Of a DNA stretch of 32,000 nucleotides, positions 9,574-18,474 are shown in pieces. Origin of the DNA: Propionibacteriaceae bacterium. GTDB lineage: Bacteria; Actinomycetota; Actinomycetes; Propionibacteriales; Propionibacteriaceae. The stretch is taken from assembly GCA_031256725.1 (NCBI GenBank), contig JAIRQE010000005.1, positions 60,001-92,000 of the forward strand, given 5' to 3'. The notes below the pieces were generated by a model, which saw nothing but the letters and a program-made list of their open reading frames with translations, was not told the origin of the DNA and ran no database searches. The position numbers and the translations under genes were made by a program. Positions within the stretch are counted from its first letter, which is position 1. Every line of letters starts with the position of its first letter.

Positions 9574-10194
9574 CTACTCGACCTCACGTACCAAATCCTC
9601 AAGATCACGCAGAACCTTTCGCAGCGCCTGGTCGGGATCAATCCGATGAGCATGGGCACGAGCGACAATGTCGAGAATAGACAGGCCAACCTCATGCTCA
9701 GTGATGGGTGTGTTATCAAGGTTAAGGTTGACGTCATGGGAACGAATTCTTGTGACCGTCTTATTGGCCCGCGCTAGAGCCGATAAGGTGTCAGGGATTC
9801 CATCAACAGCGGATTCCCTCTTCTTCTCGGCCTTCTTGCGCCGCTCCCAGGAACCCCAGACATCCTCGGGTACCTCCTGCTCGGCATAAACATAGGGGTG
9901 GCGGGCAATCAACTTGTCTGAGATCTGCTCAGCAACATCAGCCAGGGTGAAGGCTCCGCGCTCCGAAGCAATCTCCGCATGAAAGAAGACCTGGAGAAGG
10001 AGATCCCCCAACTCTTCAACCATTTGCTCGTCTGAATGATTCTCGACAGCCTCCACAACTTCGGCAGTCTCCTCAATCAAATAGGTCATCAAGGATTCAT
10101 GGGTTTGTTCAGCATCCCATGGACACTTTTCACGCAGGGTATGCATGACCTCGGCAAGACGGCCAAGCTGGTGAAGGGTTTCTGGGTTTGTCAT
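9574..10194 (-). CDS. mazG: MazG nucleoside-triphosphate pyrophosphohydrolase, 206 aa
   Basis: Contains LREKCPWDAEQTHESLMTYLIEETAEVVEAVE and EELGDLLLQVFFHAEIA, the EExxE/D MazG motifs. Its ATG overlaps the TGA of the upstream lipoprotein gene. Confidence 0.9.
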   Translation of the reverse strand: MTNPETLHQLGRLAEVMHTLREKCPWDAEQTHESLMTYLIEETAEVVEAVENHSDEQMVEELGDLLLQVFFHAEIASERGAFTLADVAEQISDKLIARHPYVYAEQEVPEDVWGSWERRKKAEKKRESAVDGIPDTLSALARANKTVTRIRSHDVNLNLDNTPITEHEVGLSILDIVARAHAHRIDPDQALRKVLRDLEDLVREVE

Positions 10195-10784
10195 GCCAGT
10201 GGCTTAGAAAAGTCCACCAACTCAGCTAAGGCACCACCTGGGTGATTCAAGGTGATGGCCAAAGCAATAGAAGAATAATCAAAATCACCATATCGAGGAT
10301 TCAACGTGACTGGGATCTTCTCCACTTCAGCGAAGAATAGCTGACCATCAAGTTCACCACTTTGAAGCATCCAGTTAACGAGGTTGAAGTCAATCCAACC
10401 CGAAATAGCCTCATGAGAACGTGGATCTGTCCAAAGAGGATATTCCAGAGTGACTCCTTGGGCTGATTGTGGCCCGAAGTTCTGCTCCCAGACTGCCTCA
10501 CGTTCAGCATCTGTGATCCTCACACCGAAACGAGCAGCGACCTTGGAAAGGATGGCACCACTGAGGCGGTGCTGGAGCATGGTGACGTTGAGAGTATTCT
10601 TATCGGCAAATTCTGGGTTCTGAGATAAAGTCTCGTACATAGCGTCGGCTGCCTGCTGGATACTGGCTTCAGTAATGACCACATCATCAACAGTGGCAGC
10701 AATAGTCGAACCGTTGGCCGAGCACCCAGAGATACCCATCAGACATACAACAGCCACTACGATGGCGATCCTTTTCACACCCAT
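10191..10784 (-). CDS. Putative lipoprotein, possibly SurA-N-like chaperone domain (function uncertain)
   Basis: Signal peptide with lipobox MGVKRIAIVVAVVCLMGISG/C. The start is placed at ATG 10784 because GAAAGG lies 6 nt upstream; ATG 10790 and 10829 are alternatives. It is translationally coupled to mazG. Confidence 0.65.
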   Translation of the reverse strand: MGVKRIAIVVAVVCLMGISGCSANGSTIAATVDDVVITEASIQQAADAMYETLSQNPEFADKNTLNVTMLQHRLSGAILSKVAARFGVRITDAEREAVWEQNFGPQSAQGVTLEYPLWTDPRSHEAISGWIDFNLVNWMLQSGELDGQLFFAEVEKIPVTLNPRYGDFDYSSIALAITLNHPGGALAELVDFSKPLA

Positions 10785-10912
10785 GACCATCCTTTCAGTC
10801 ACCCATATCCTACCTCGTGGATCTGTCACGGTTGAGCCGTGTCGAGAAAGGATTCCCGCAGAGGTACGTGACTATTGCCATCCCGTCTCATTGAATTTGG
10901 GATAATAGACTC

Positions 10913-11158
10913 ATGACCACGCAGCTTGCCCCAGGTTCAACAACCGTCCTTGATCGCGAGACGATCACTGAGGATACCCAAGACCATGAGCGTCTATCCC
11001 ACTATGTCACTCGCGACAAGCTGACCGAAGCAATGGTCATGGGTACACCTGTAGTCGCCCTTTGTGGAAAGATCTGGGTACCCTCACGTAATCCCAAGGA
11101 TTACCCTGTATGTCCCGAATGCAAGGAGATCTGGGAATCCCTACCCGAGAATAAGTAG
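10913..11158 (+). CDS. DUF3039 domain protein (81 aa)
   Basis: Contains HYVTRDKLTEAMVMGTPVVALCGKIWVPSRNPKDYPVCPECKEIW, a small Cys-containing protein conserved across Actinobacteria. Confidence 0.85.
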   Translation: MTTQLAPGSTTVLDRETITEDTQDHERLSHYVTRDKLTEAMVMGTPVVALCGKIWVPSRNPKDYPVCPECKEIWESLPENK

Positions 11159-11265
11159 TACTAGCACTCTACATCCTTCTGGGCACGTCGTCCTGTATAC
11201 AGCTGCTGCGCAGCATCCCAGGATCTTGGACTCTTGTTGCTGATCTAGGTTCAGTACGACTTCGC

Positions 11266-11324
11266 AGAGGTGTGGTACATCTGTTCAAAACCGTCCCCCG
11301 AACGGAGGAGTGGTTTCCTTCAGG
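11266..11324 (+). repeat. MITE-like palindromic intergenic element, copy A (half copy, truncated at the core hairpin apex)
   Basis: AGAGGTGTGGTACATCTGTTCAAAACCGTCCCCCGAACGGAGGAGTGGTTTCCTTCAGG aligns with the reverse complement of copy B up to ...TCCAGG. Similarity then stops, 7 nt before the stop codon of the adjacent CDS. Confidence 0.8.
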
Positions 11325-11331
11325 TTAATCA

Positions 11332-12696
11332 TTACTCTTGATGTTCTCCGTCTCGGTTGTACCAGTACCCTCCAGGCTCGAAAAGAGAGTCGACCAACTG
11401 GCTGAAGAGTCCAAGTTCTTGGAGAAGGTCTAGGAGGGTGTACCTCGTACGGATGGTTTGGGCTTGGTAGTACTTGTGGCGAAGCTCGGGTAGGGTGACT
11501 CCGATTTGGGCTGGGTGATAGATGGCACCAGCATCTTTGAGCATCTGTTCGATGACTGGGGCTGGTAGTACCTGCGCGGAGACTCGGGTGTGGATTGAGC
11601 GGAATTGATCCTGGATGAGCTCTAGTCTGGCCCCCGCATGGTCTTGGGGGATGTACTTTCCAGCGGACTGTTTGACTGCGGCCTCACAGAGGATGGGATT
11701 ATCTTGAAGGGCTCGTACTCTGGCTTCATCGGCTTCGGGAGTGGACCATGATGCAAGTCGCGCATCAATATCAAGGCTTGTCAGGTCAAGTTCCAGGAAC
11801 TTCTCATAGAGGGCGCACATGGCGACCGCACCTAGACCCACCTTGAAACCGTGGGACAGTGGTGGCTCCCAGTCGCGGCCATATCCTTCCATCTCCCACT
11901 GATGCGAGAAGTAGTGGCCCCCACCTGAAGCCGGTCGCGATGACTGATTCACCTGCATGGCTAGGCCCGACATCACGAGCCCCTCGGCTAGTTTCCCCAT
12001 GGCTTGAAGATTCCCGTTTACCAGCCCTTGCGGGTCGCCGAGGGCCTCACGCAAGGGGCCTTGTACCATTGCCCAGACGTAGTCATCAATGGGATCCAGG
12101 CCCAGTTCATCAGCGATAATCCAGTCGGCTCCAGCAGGAATCTTCTCAATGAGGTCACCATATCCAGTAGCCGTCAAACGGATTGGCGCTTCAACCATCA
12201 CATCAAGTGGCACGATAATCCCGCGAGGGGCTGGACACTCTTGGGTCTGCTTGATTCCCTCAACTGTGATCGCCGCCCCGAAGGAGGTGTACCCGTCAAC
12301 CGAGGCAGCAGTACACACATTTATATAACTGCGCCCCACCCAATGACTCGCCAACTTGGTCACATCATTCAACGATCCCGAAGCAAGAGACACCGGAATA
12401 GCATCAATAGGGGCTAACCGAAACCACAGATCATTCACCATTTGATCATCCGCGAACAAGGTTGGAGTCCCCGGAAAAATGATCGGATACTCCATCTGTA
12501 CACCAGCCGCTGCAAGCGAGGCCCGTATCTCTTCTGCTGCAACAGCCCAGGTGTTGGTGTCTGCTATGAGTACAGCGCGCTCATCAGGAAACAACTCGGT
12601 GAATAGCGGCCCAGTACTTCCCAAGACATCAACCCCCATCACAACAGCCTTGGTATCCAGTCCCCGAGCTAAAGCAGATTCAATGAGGGTATTCAT
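11332..12696 (-). CDS. Iron-containing alcohol dehydrogenase superfamily protein, sn-glycerol-1-phosphate dehydrogenase (AraM/EgsA)-like, 454 aa
   Basis: Contains VCTAASVDGYTSFGAAI, TATGYGDLIEKIPAGADW and GGGHYFSHQWEMEG...SHGFKVGLG. These match the G1PDH / DHQS-like Fe-ADH metal- and substrate-binding pattern. The nucleotide-binding GGGS loop is replaced by LASGSLNDVTK. Confidence 0.7.
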   Translation of the reverse strand: MNTLIESALARGLDTKAVVMGVDVLGSTGPLFTELFPDERAVLIADTNTWAVAAEEIRASLAAAGVQMEYPIIFPGTPTLFADDQMVNDLWFRLAPIDAIPVSLASGSLNDVTKLASHWVGRSYINVCTAASVDGYTSFGAAITVEGIKQTQECPAPRGIIVPLDVMVEAPIRLTATGYGDLIEKIPAGADWIIADELGLDPIDDYVWAMVQGPLREALGDPQGLVNGNLQAMGKLAEGLVMSGLAMQVNQSSRPASGGGHYFSHQWEMEGYGRDWEPPLSHGFKVGLGAVAMCALYEKFLELDLTSLDIDARLASWSTPEADEARVRALQDNPILCEAAVKQSAGKYIPQDHAGARLELIQDQFRSIHTRVSAQVLPAPVIEQMLKDAGAIYHPAQIGVTLPELRHKYYQAQTIRTRYTLLDLLQELGLFSQLVDSLFEPGGYWYNRDGEHQE

Positions 12697-12758
12697 GTAC
12701 CCAGTCTAGAGGCGATGATTCCCATCCGACAGAGCATCACTAAAGTCATGATTAGCTT

Positions 12759-12886
12759 GTACTCGGAGAGGGTGCGGTACATCTATTCAAAACACGCTCA
12801 CGCAGTGGTTTCCTGGAGAAAACCTCTCTTCCGCTCACGGGGATGGTTTTGAACAGATGTACCACAACCCTCAGGATGAAGAGTAC
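12759..12886 (-). repeat. MITE-like palindromic intergenic element, copy B (full)
   Basis: Arms GAGAGGGTGCGGTACATCTATTCAAAAC (from 12767) and GTTTTGAACAGATGTACCACAACCCTCAG (to 12874), with outer GTACTC/GAGTAC at 12759 and 12886. The core ...CACGCAGTGGTTTCCTGGAGAAAACC... is homologous to the cores of copies C and D. Confidence 0.85.
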
Positions 12887-12893
12887 GCCCCTG

Positions 12894-13559
12894 CTAGGAA
12901 TTGAGGAAGGCTGCTACTGAGGCGAAGAATCCTCGACCGTCAAGATCTGAGGTGATCTTTTCGTCGACATTGTGTTCAGGGTGGGGCATGAGGCCCACGA
13001 CGTTGCCACGTTCATTGGTGATCCCGGCTATGTCGTTGATGGAGCCGTTGGGGTTGTCGAGGTAGCGGAAGACTACTCGGCCCTCCCCTTCCAAACGAGC
13101 CACAGTTTCGGGGTCGGCTTGGTAGTTTCCTTCACCGTTTTTGAGTTGGATCTGGATCTCTTGGCCGACTGTGAACTCACCTGTCCAGGCGGTACTGCTG
13201 GACTCTACACGCAGGGGTGTGGAGACGGAGGTGAACAGACGAGTCTCATTGCGGATGAGGGCGCCAGGCAACAAACGTGCCTCACACAAGACCTGGAATC
13301 CATTGCAGATTCCAAGCAATGGCATCCCTTGGTTGGCTTTGCGTACGACCTCTTCCATAACTGGGGAGAAGCGAGCGATGGCCCCGCAGCGAAGATAGTC
13401 ACCGTAAGAGAATCCACCGGGGAGGATGACCGCATCGACTCCTGACAGATCATCGTTGGCATGCCATAGGGATACTGGATCACCACCAGTTAGGCGTACC
13501 GCCCTCAAAGCATCATGGTCATCCAGGGAACCGGGAAAGGTGACGACCCCGATCTTCAT
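12894..13559 (-). CDS. purQ: Phosphoribosylformylglycinamidine synthase subunit PurQ (glutaminase), 221 aa
   Basis: Starts [21 protein letters not shown], with GICNGFQ (catalytic Cys) and MPHPE. ATGA overlap with purS. Confidence 0.95.
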   Translation of the reverse strand: MKIGVVTFPGSLDDHDALRAVRLTGGDPVSLWHANDDLSGVDAVILPGGFSYGDYLRCGAIARFSPVMEEVVRKANQGMPLLGICNGFQVLCEARLLPGALIRNETRLFTSVSTPLRVESSSTAWTGEFTVGQEIQIQLKNGEGNYQADPETVARLEGEGRVVFRYLDNPNGSINDIAGITNERGNVVGLMPHPEHNVDEKITSDLDGRGFFASVAAFLNS

Positions 13560-13792
13560 GAAACGACCTCAAAGTCTTCGATAACCGTGTTGGCGAGGAG
13601 GGATTCAGCGAACTCACGGATCTCTTCAAGCCGGGCCTTGGTGACCTCTCCCTCGACCTGAATCTCGAACCTTCTCCCTTGGCGTACCGAGAAACCTTGG
13701 TGGCCCATACGGGTCAAGGCACCAGTCACTGCCTTACCTTGAGGGTCGAGGATCTCGGGTTTGGGCATCACATTCACGACAACTAAAGCCAT
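13556..13792 (-). CDS. purS: Phosphoribosylformylglycinamidine synthase subunit PurS, 78 aa
   Basis: Contains [26 protein letters not shown]...[21 protein letters not shown], and is coupled to purQ. Confidence 0.9.
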   Translation of the reverse strand: MALVVVNVMPKPEILDPQGKAVTGALTRMGHQGFSVRQGRRFEIQVEGEVTKARLEEIREFAESLLANTVIEDFEVVS

Positions 13793-13975
13793 GAGTCCAT
13801 CCTAGTGTTCTCAAACCGCAGATAACCCCGAATCCACCGATTAGGTACAGAAGATGTCATCGGACCAGAACCTCATCACTCAATAACGGGTGGAAATCCG
13901 CCATGAGTGAAGATGCCTCATTCGTGGCGTGGGGCCGGGGCTGGCAAGGCAGAGGAATGAGTTCCACGCCGCAAA

Positions 13976-14857
13976 TTAAATGTCAGTATTGCCGGTTAGT
14001 CGGCGATAGGCCTCGACATAGCGTTCACGGGTTGCCTCAACGATGTGGGCAGGCAAAGGTGGGGGTACGTTCCCGCTCTTCTTGTCCCACCCGGATTCGA
14101 GAGCCAACCAGTCGCGTACAAACTGCTTGTCAAAGCTGGGAATCTGCTGACCAGGTACGTGATCCTCGCGGTCCCAGAATCGCGATGAGTCGGGGGTCAA
14201 CACCTCATCAGCAAGAATGATGCTCCCGTCCGTACCTCTGCCAAATTCGAACTTGGTATCGGCTAGGATGATCCCGCGTTCTTCGGCGATCTCGGATGCG
14301 CGCGCAAAGACGTCGAGGGTACGGTCGCGCAGCTTCGCAGCATCCTCGGCCCCAACAAGCGCCTCAACTTCCTCGAAGGAAATGTTCTCATCGTGGAGAC
14401 CAATTTCGGCCTTCGTTGAGGGGGTGAAGATGGGTTGGGGCAGACGGTCAGCGTGACGCAAACCAGCAGGGAGAGGGATTCCAGTGATCGTCTGAGACTC
14501 CTGATATTCAGCCCATCCTGAGCCAGTGATGTACCCTCTAGCGATGCACTCGACCTCGAACATCTCGAGTTTTTTAACCACCATACAGCGACCCTGCCAC
14601 TCGTCGGGAATGGGGTACGGCCCCTCATCGCCACCAAGTTTGGAAGCCCAGACGACATGGTTGTCCACGACATCGGCCAACTGGTCGAACCACCACAGCG
14701 ACATCTGCGTCAGAATGACACCCTTATCGGGGATGGGAGTGTCCAAAACATAGTCGAAAGCCGAGATCGAGTCGGTTGCGACCATGAGCATCTGCGTGGG
14801 ATCAGGTACTTCGTAGAGTCGGCGTACCTTGCCTGAATGAATGAGGGGATATTGCAC
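13976..14857 (-). CDS. purC: Phosphoribosylaminoimidazole-succinocarboxamide (SAICAR) synthase, 293 aa
   Basis: GTG start. Contains SGKVRRLYEV...LMVATDSISAFD...ILADTKFEFG. Confidence 0.95.
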   Translation of the reverse strand: MQYPLIHSGKVRRLYEVPDPTQMLMVATDSISAFDYVLDTPIPDKGVILTQMSLWWFDQLADVVDNHVVWASKLGGDEGPYPIPDEWQGRCMVVKKLEMFEVECIARGYITGSGWAEYQESQTITGIPLPAGLRHADRLPQPIFTPSTKAEIGLHDENISFEEVEALVGAEDAAKLRDRTLDVFARASEIAEERGIILADTKFEFGRGTDGSIILADEVLTPDSSRFWDREDHVPGQQIPSFDKQFVRDWLALESGWDKKSGNVPPPLPAHIVEATRERYVEAYRRLTGNTDI

Positions 14858-15110
14858 CCGATCATCCTATCGTGTCACAGACATTCCAACCGGAAACATC
14901 TCCGAACCACCTCAGAAAACCCGACTAAAAGAAGTGTCGCTCTTCTCTGTTCTCTTCAAAACGCATCCAGACCGAACTCTGCCGATGGGGTGACAGGCAC
15001 AAGTCTAAATGACTCTTTTTTCTTCGCAGCAACCGCCCGCCTGCGATCAATTGCGCTAAGAGGGGCCCCACTTCCCGATTGGTGTTGTCAGTTTCCGCAT
15101 CCGTCATAGT

Positions 15111-16841
15111 TCACCCCCTTTTTTGCTGGGCGGCCCATTCGTCTTTGAGGCCCACGGTTCTGTGAAAGAGCATGGGTACTACTGGGTCGGCGGCGAAATA
15201 GCCGATCCTTTCAAACTGAACAACCTGTCCGGGATCGACTCCGTTCACGCCAGGGGCTAGGCAGGGTTCCATTTTGGCAGCCAGGGATTCTTGGGAGTTG
15301 GGATGAAGATCATCAAGAGGATCACCGGTGGTCTCCCCTGGTACCTCTACTTGGAAGAGGCGCTCGTAGAGTCGCACTTCGGCATCCACCGCGTGGGCAG
15401 CACTCACCCAGTGCATGGTGGACTTCACCTTGCGACCATCGGGGGCATTGCCTCCCTCAGAGTCTGGATCATAGGTAGCTCGGACTTCAACAAGGTTCCC
15501 GTCTGCGTCTTTGATGACCTCAGTTGCGGTGACCAGGAAGGCACCTCGCAGACGTACCTCCTTGCCGATGCTGAGGCGGAAGAACTTCGGTGGGGGTACC
15601 TCGGCGAAGTCGTCTTGCTCGATCCACACTTGGCCTGAGAAGGGTACCTTGCGGGTTCCGTCTTCAGGGTTTTCTGGGTTATTGCCGATCTCAAACCATG
15701 TTGTCATTCCTGCGGTTTCTTCTCCGGCTGCCCGGGCTTCAGCGAGGGTACGACCGTCCTCAGTTGGCCAGTTGTCGATCGTCAACTTGAGGGGTTTGAG
15801 TACAGCCATGCGCCGCTGGGATACGCGATTGAGTTCGGTACGTACAAAGGATTCCAATTCCTCCAAAGAGTGACGGGAGTTGGTTTTGTTGATCCCAATG
15901 TGGGTACAGAAGTTGCGAATGGCCGCAGCAGGATATCCGCGACGACGAAGCCCCTGAAGGGTGGGCATCCTGGGATCATTCCAACCATCGACGACACCAT
16001 CTTCAATGAGTTGACGCAGCTTCCGTTTGGAGGTCACGGTGTGGGTGAGTTCCAGGCGTGCGAACTCTAGTTGTTGGGGCTTCTCATAAGGGAGATCCAG
16101 ATGGGTGAGGTACCAGTCGTAGAGCGGCCTATTGGTCACAAATTCGAGGGTACACATGGAATGGGTGACACCTTCAAGGGCATCGGATTGCCCGTGGGCC
16201 CAGTCATAGGTCGGATAGATCACCCAGGCATCACCTGTACGGTGGTGGTGGCCGCGACGGATCCTGTACATCACTGGGTCACGCAGTTGCATATTGTCAG
16301 ACTGCATGTCGATCTTGGCACGAAGTACCTTGGCGCCGTCTTCGTACTCCCCTGCCTTCATTCGGCGGAAGAGATCCAAGTTCTCTTCAGGCGTACGGAC
16401 TCTGTACGGCGAATCAATTCCGGGTTTGCCATATCCACCGCGTTGAGCCTTGATGGTTTCCTGGTCCTGATCATCGACATAAGCCATACCACGTTTGATC
16501 ATGGACTCTGCCCATTGGTAAAGCGCCTCGAAGTAATCAGATGCATAGAGGACCTGATTCGGCGTGAATCCCAGCCATGTAATATCCTCAATGATCGATT
16601 CGACGTACTCCACATCCTCAGTATCAGGATTCGTGTCATCCAACCGAAGGTTGCATGTACCCCCGAATTGCTCAGCGATCCCAAAGTCGGCAGTGATCGC
16701 TTTCGCGTGGCCGATGTGGAGGTACCCGTTGGGTTCGGGTGGAAAGCGGGTTTGTACCCGTCCTGAATACAATCCTGAGGCGTTGTCCGCCCGTACCGTA
16801 TCGGCTATAAAATCCCCTGCAGAAATGGTTGGTTCGCTCAC
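15111..16841 (-). CDS. glnS: Glutamine--tRNA ligase (GlnRS), 576 aa
   Basis: GTG start. The N-terminus MSEPT...RVQTRFPPEPNGYLHIGHAKAI (HIGH motif) is colinear with E. coli GlnRS. The KMSKS-equivalent is VTSKRKL, and a C-terminal anticodon-binding beta-barrel region is present. Confidence 0.95.
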   Translation of the reverse strand: MSEPTISAGDFIADTVRADNASGLYSGRVQTRFPPEPNGYLHIGHAKAITADFGIAEQFGGTCNLRLDDTNPDTEDVEYVESIIEDITWLGFTPNQVLYASDYFEALYQWAESMIKRGMAYVDDQDQETIKAQRGGYGKPGIDSPYRVRTPEENLDLFRRMKAGEYEDGAKVLRAKIDMQSDNMQLRDPVMYRIRRGHHHRTGDAWVIYPTYDWAHGQSDALEGVTHSMCTLEFVTNRPLYDWYLTHLDLPYEKPQQLEFARLELTHTVTSKRKLRQLIEDGVVDGWNDPRMPTLQGLRRRGYPAAAIRNFCTHIGINKTNSRHSLEELESFVRTELNRVSQRRMAVLKPLKLTIDNWPTEDGRTLAEARAAGEETAGMTTWFEIGNNPENPEDGTRKVPFSGQVWIEQDDFAEVPPPKFFRLSIGKEVRLRGAFLVTATEVIKDADGNLVEVRATYDPDSEGGNAPDGRKVKSTMHWVSAAHAVDAEVRLYERLFQVEVPGETTGDPLDDLHPNSQESLAAKMEPCLAPGVNGVDPGQVVQFERIGYFAADPVVPMLFHRTVGLKDEWAAQQKRG

Positions 16842-16980
16842 CGTGAAAGACTATCACGCCCAAGAATCCTTCCCTTCTTGAAGTTGACGGAACTGCAGTT
16901 GGCTTCATCATGGCAATCAAACGAAACTCAACCGTTTTGTTATGGCAGATCGGAATCCTGCCGCAGTATCGTCGCCAAGG

Positions 16981-18474
16981 CTAGAGGAAACTCTTTAGTC
17001 GCGCTATTGACGCTTCCCGTCCCAGGATCTCCATTGACTCAAACAGAGGTGGAGAAACCAAAGCCCCCGAGATTGCTACCCGAATCGGACCAAAGACGAT
17101 CTTCTTGGAGAATCCACATTCATCCACAAGTCGTGCGACCAACCCCTCCTGAATCGCGGACGCCGTGAAATCCTCAAGCCCTTCCAGGACTTCAAGGGCA
17201 ACTGGGATCACTGTCGGTACATCAGCAGCCACCTTAGCGACCGCAGCCTCGTCAAGGATCACCTCATCAAGGAGCAGGAATCGTACTTTATCGAGGGCTT
17301 CTTTGAGGGTAACAAGGCGAGGTGCAATCAGAGGAACAGCCGCGGTCACAGTAGCGCGCCAATTCCGGGAGGTCGCGGGAAGATCATTGATCTGATAGGC
17401 CTCAATGTAAGCGATGATCCGGGCTGCCAACTCATCGACAGTCAGGGATCGAATGTAGTGGCCATTGAGCCAATCCAACTTCTTCACATCAAAGACTGGG
17501 CCGACGGTGTTAACTTTTGCCCAGTCGAAATCGGCTATGAAATCCTCAAAAGAGCAGACCTCCTGGTCGTCTTCAGGAGGGTAACCCATCAGTTGGAGGA
17601 AGTTGCGCAGGGCCTCAGGAAGGTACCCCTCCTCTTTGAACCAAACCAGGCGTGCTGCAGGGTTCTTGCGCTTGGAGATCTTCGATTTGTCGGTATTGCG
17701 CAGCAGCGGCATATGACACCAGGTTGGTTCATCCCAGCCTAGCCATTTGTACAGCAGAATGTGTTTAGGTGTGGAGGAAATCCACTCCTCACCTCGCACG
17801 ACGTGCGTGATCCCCATGAGGTGATCGTCAACCACAACCGCCATGTGATAGGTCGGAAAACCATCAGCTTTCAGGATCACCTGGTCGTCGGGATGCGGTG
17901 CACTGATCTCACCACGGATAACATCAGTGAAGCCCAAATCCACATCATCAGGGATCAACATGCGTACAACAGGAGTCTCAGAGAACCCAGGTAATGCAGC
18001 CCTCTCGTCGCGGGTCTTGCCGTAGCAGAGCCGGTCATAACCGGTCGTAGACATCTTGGCCTTCGCCTGGGCATCCCTCATTTCGGTGAGACGCTCAGCC
18101 GAACACCAGCAATAGTACGCATGCCCGGATTCAATCAGCTGATCCACGAAAGGGCGATATGTGTCGAGTCGCTCCGACTGACGATAGGGGGCGTAGGGTC
18201 CCGAGATATCTGGCCCCTCATCCCAGTTCAATCCAAGCCAGCTTAGCAACTCATAGATCTGCGCCTGCGAACCCTCGACATAGCGAGCCTGATCCGTGTC
18301 CTCGATTCGCAGTACGAATTGCCCGCCGGTTTTGCGAGCATAAGCAAGATTGAACAAAGACATATAGGCAGTACCCACATGGGGGTCACCAGTAGGGGAT
18401 GGGGCCACCCGCAAACGAGCAGGAGTAAAAGATTCAGTCACGGGAACTAAGTCTATCCCCACTCTTGACACCAT
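16981..18474 (-). CDS. gltX: Glutamate--tRNA ligase (GluRS), about 497 aa
   Basis: Contains RLRVAPSPTGDPHVGTAYMSLFN (HIGH) and KISKRK (KMSKS). I prefer ATG 18474 (GAGAGG upstream). The track start at 18546 adds an AT-rich, atypical 24 codons. Confidence 0.9.
   Translation of the reverse strand: MVSRVGIDLVPVTESFTPARLRVAPSPTGDPHVGTAYMSLFNLAYARKTGGQFVLRIEDTDQARYVEGSQAQIYELLSWLGLNWDEGPDISGPYAPYRQSERLDTYRPFVDQLIESGHAYYCWCSAERLTEMRDAQAKAKMSTTGYDRLCYGKTRDERAALPGFSETPVVRMLIPDDVDLGFTDVIRGEISAPHPDDQVILKADGFPTYHMAVVVDDHLMGITHVVRGEEWISSTPKHILLYKWLGWDEPTWCHMPLLRNTDKSKISKRKNPAARLVWFKEEGYLPEALRNFLQLMGYPPEDDQEVCSFEDFIADFDWAKVNTVGPVFDVKKLDWLNGHYIRSLTVDELAARIIAYIEAYQINDLPATSRNWRATVTAAVPLIAPRLVTLKEALDKVRFLLLDEVILDEAAVAKVAADVPTVIPVALEVLEGLEDFTASAIQEGLVARLVDECGFSKKIVFGPIRVAISGALVSPPLFESMEILGREASIARLKSFL

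Noticed and set aside
11179-11222. 12-bp perfect palindrome TGCTGCGCAGCA (11204-11215) nested in CTGGG...CCCAG after DUF3039
   Set aside because: It could be a weak terminator, but it lacks a U-tract and does not recur elsewhere in the window. There is not enough evidence to call it.
13793-13975. Interleaved complementary 7-mers (GGCGTGG/CCACGCC and CTCATTC/GAATGAG, plus a second CTCAT) in the purC-purS spacer, suggestive of alternative pairings or a pseudoknot
   Set aside because: Matches of 5-7 bp in 180 bp are expected by chance. No U-tract, leader peptide or known riboswitch core is present.
14858-15110. Looked for purine or ZTP (pfl) riboswitches, or a terminator, in the glnS-purC spacer and upstream of purS
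   Set aside because: No conserved riboswitch cores were seen, such as the CCGCCTGGGC-type ZTP 3' motif on the correct strand. The hairpin CGCAG-N11-CTGCG is followed by an A-run rather than a U-run on the transcribed strand.
16071-16766. 231-aa ORF antisense to glnS. The same applies to 25614..26231 antisense to nagA, 20870..21331 antisense to DUF885 and 12004..12417 antisense to the Fe-ADH gene
   Set aside because: All lie entirely within well-supported genes on the opposite strand and have atypical composition. They are treated as non-coding.
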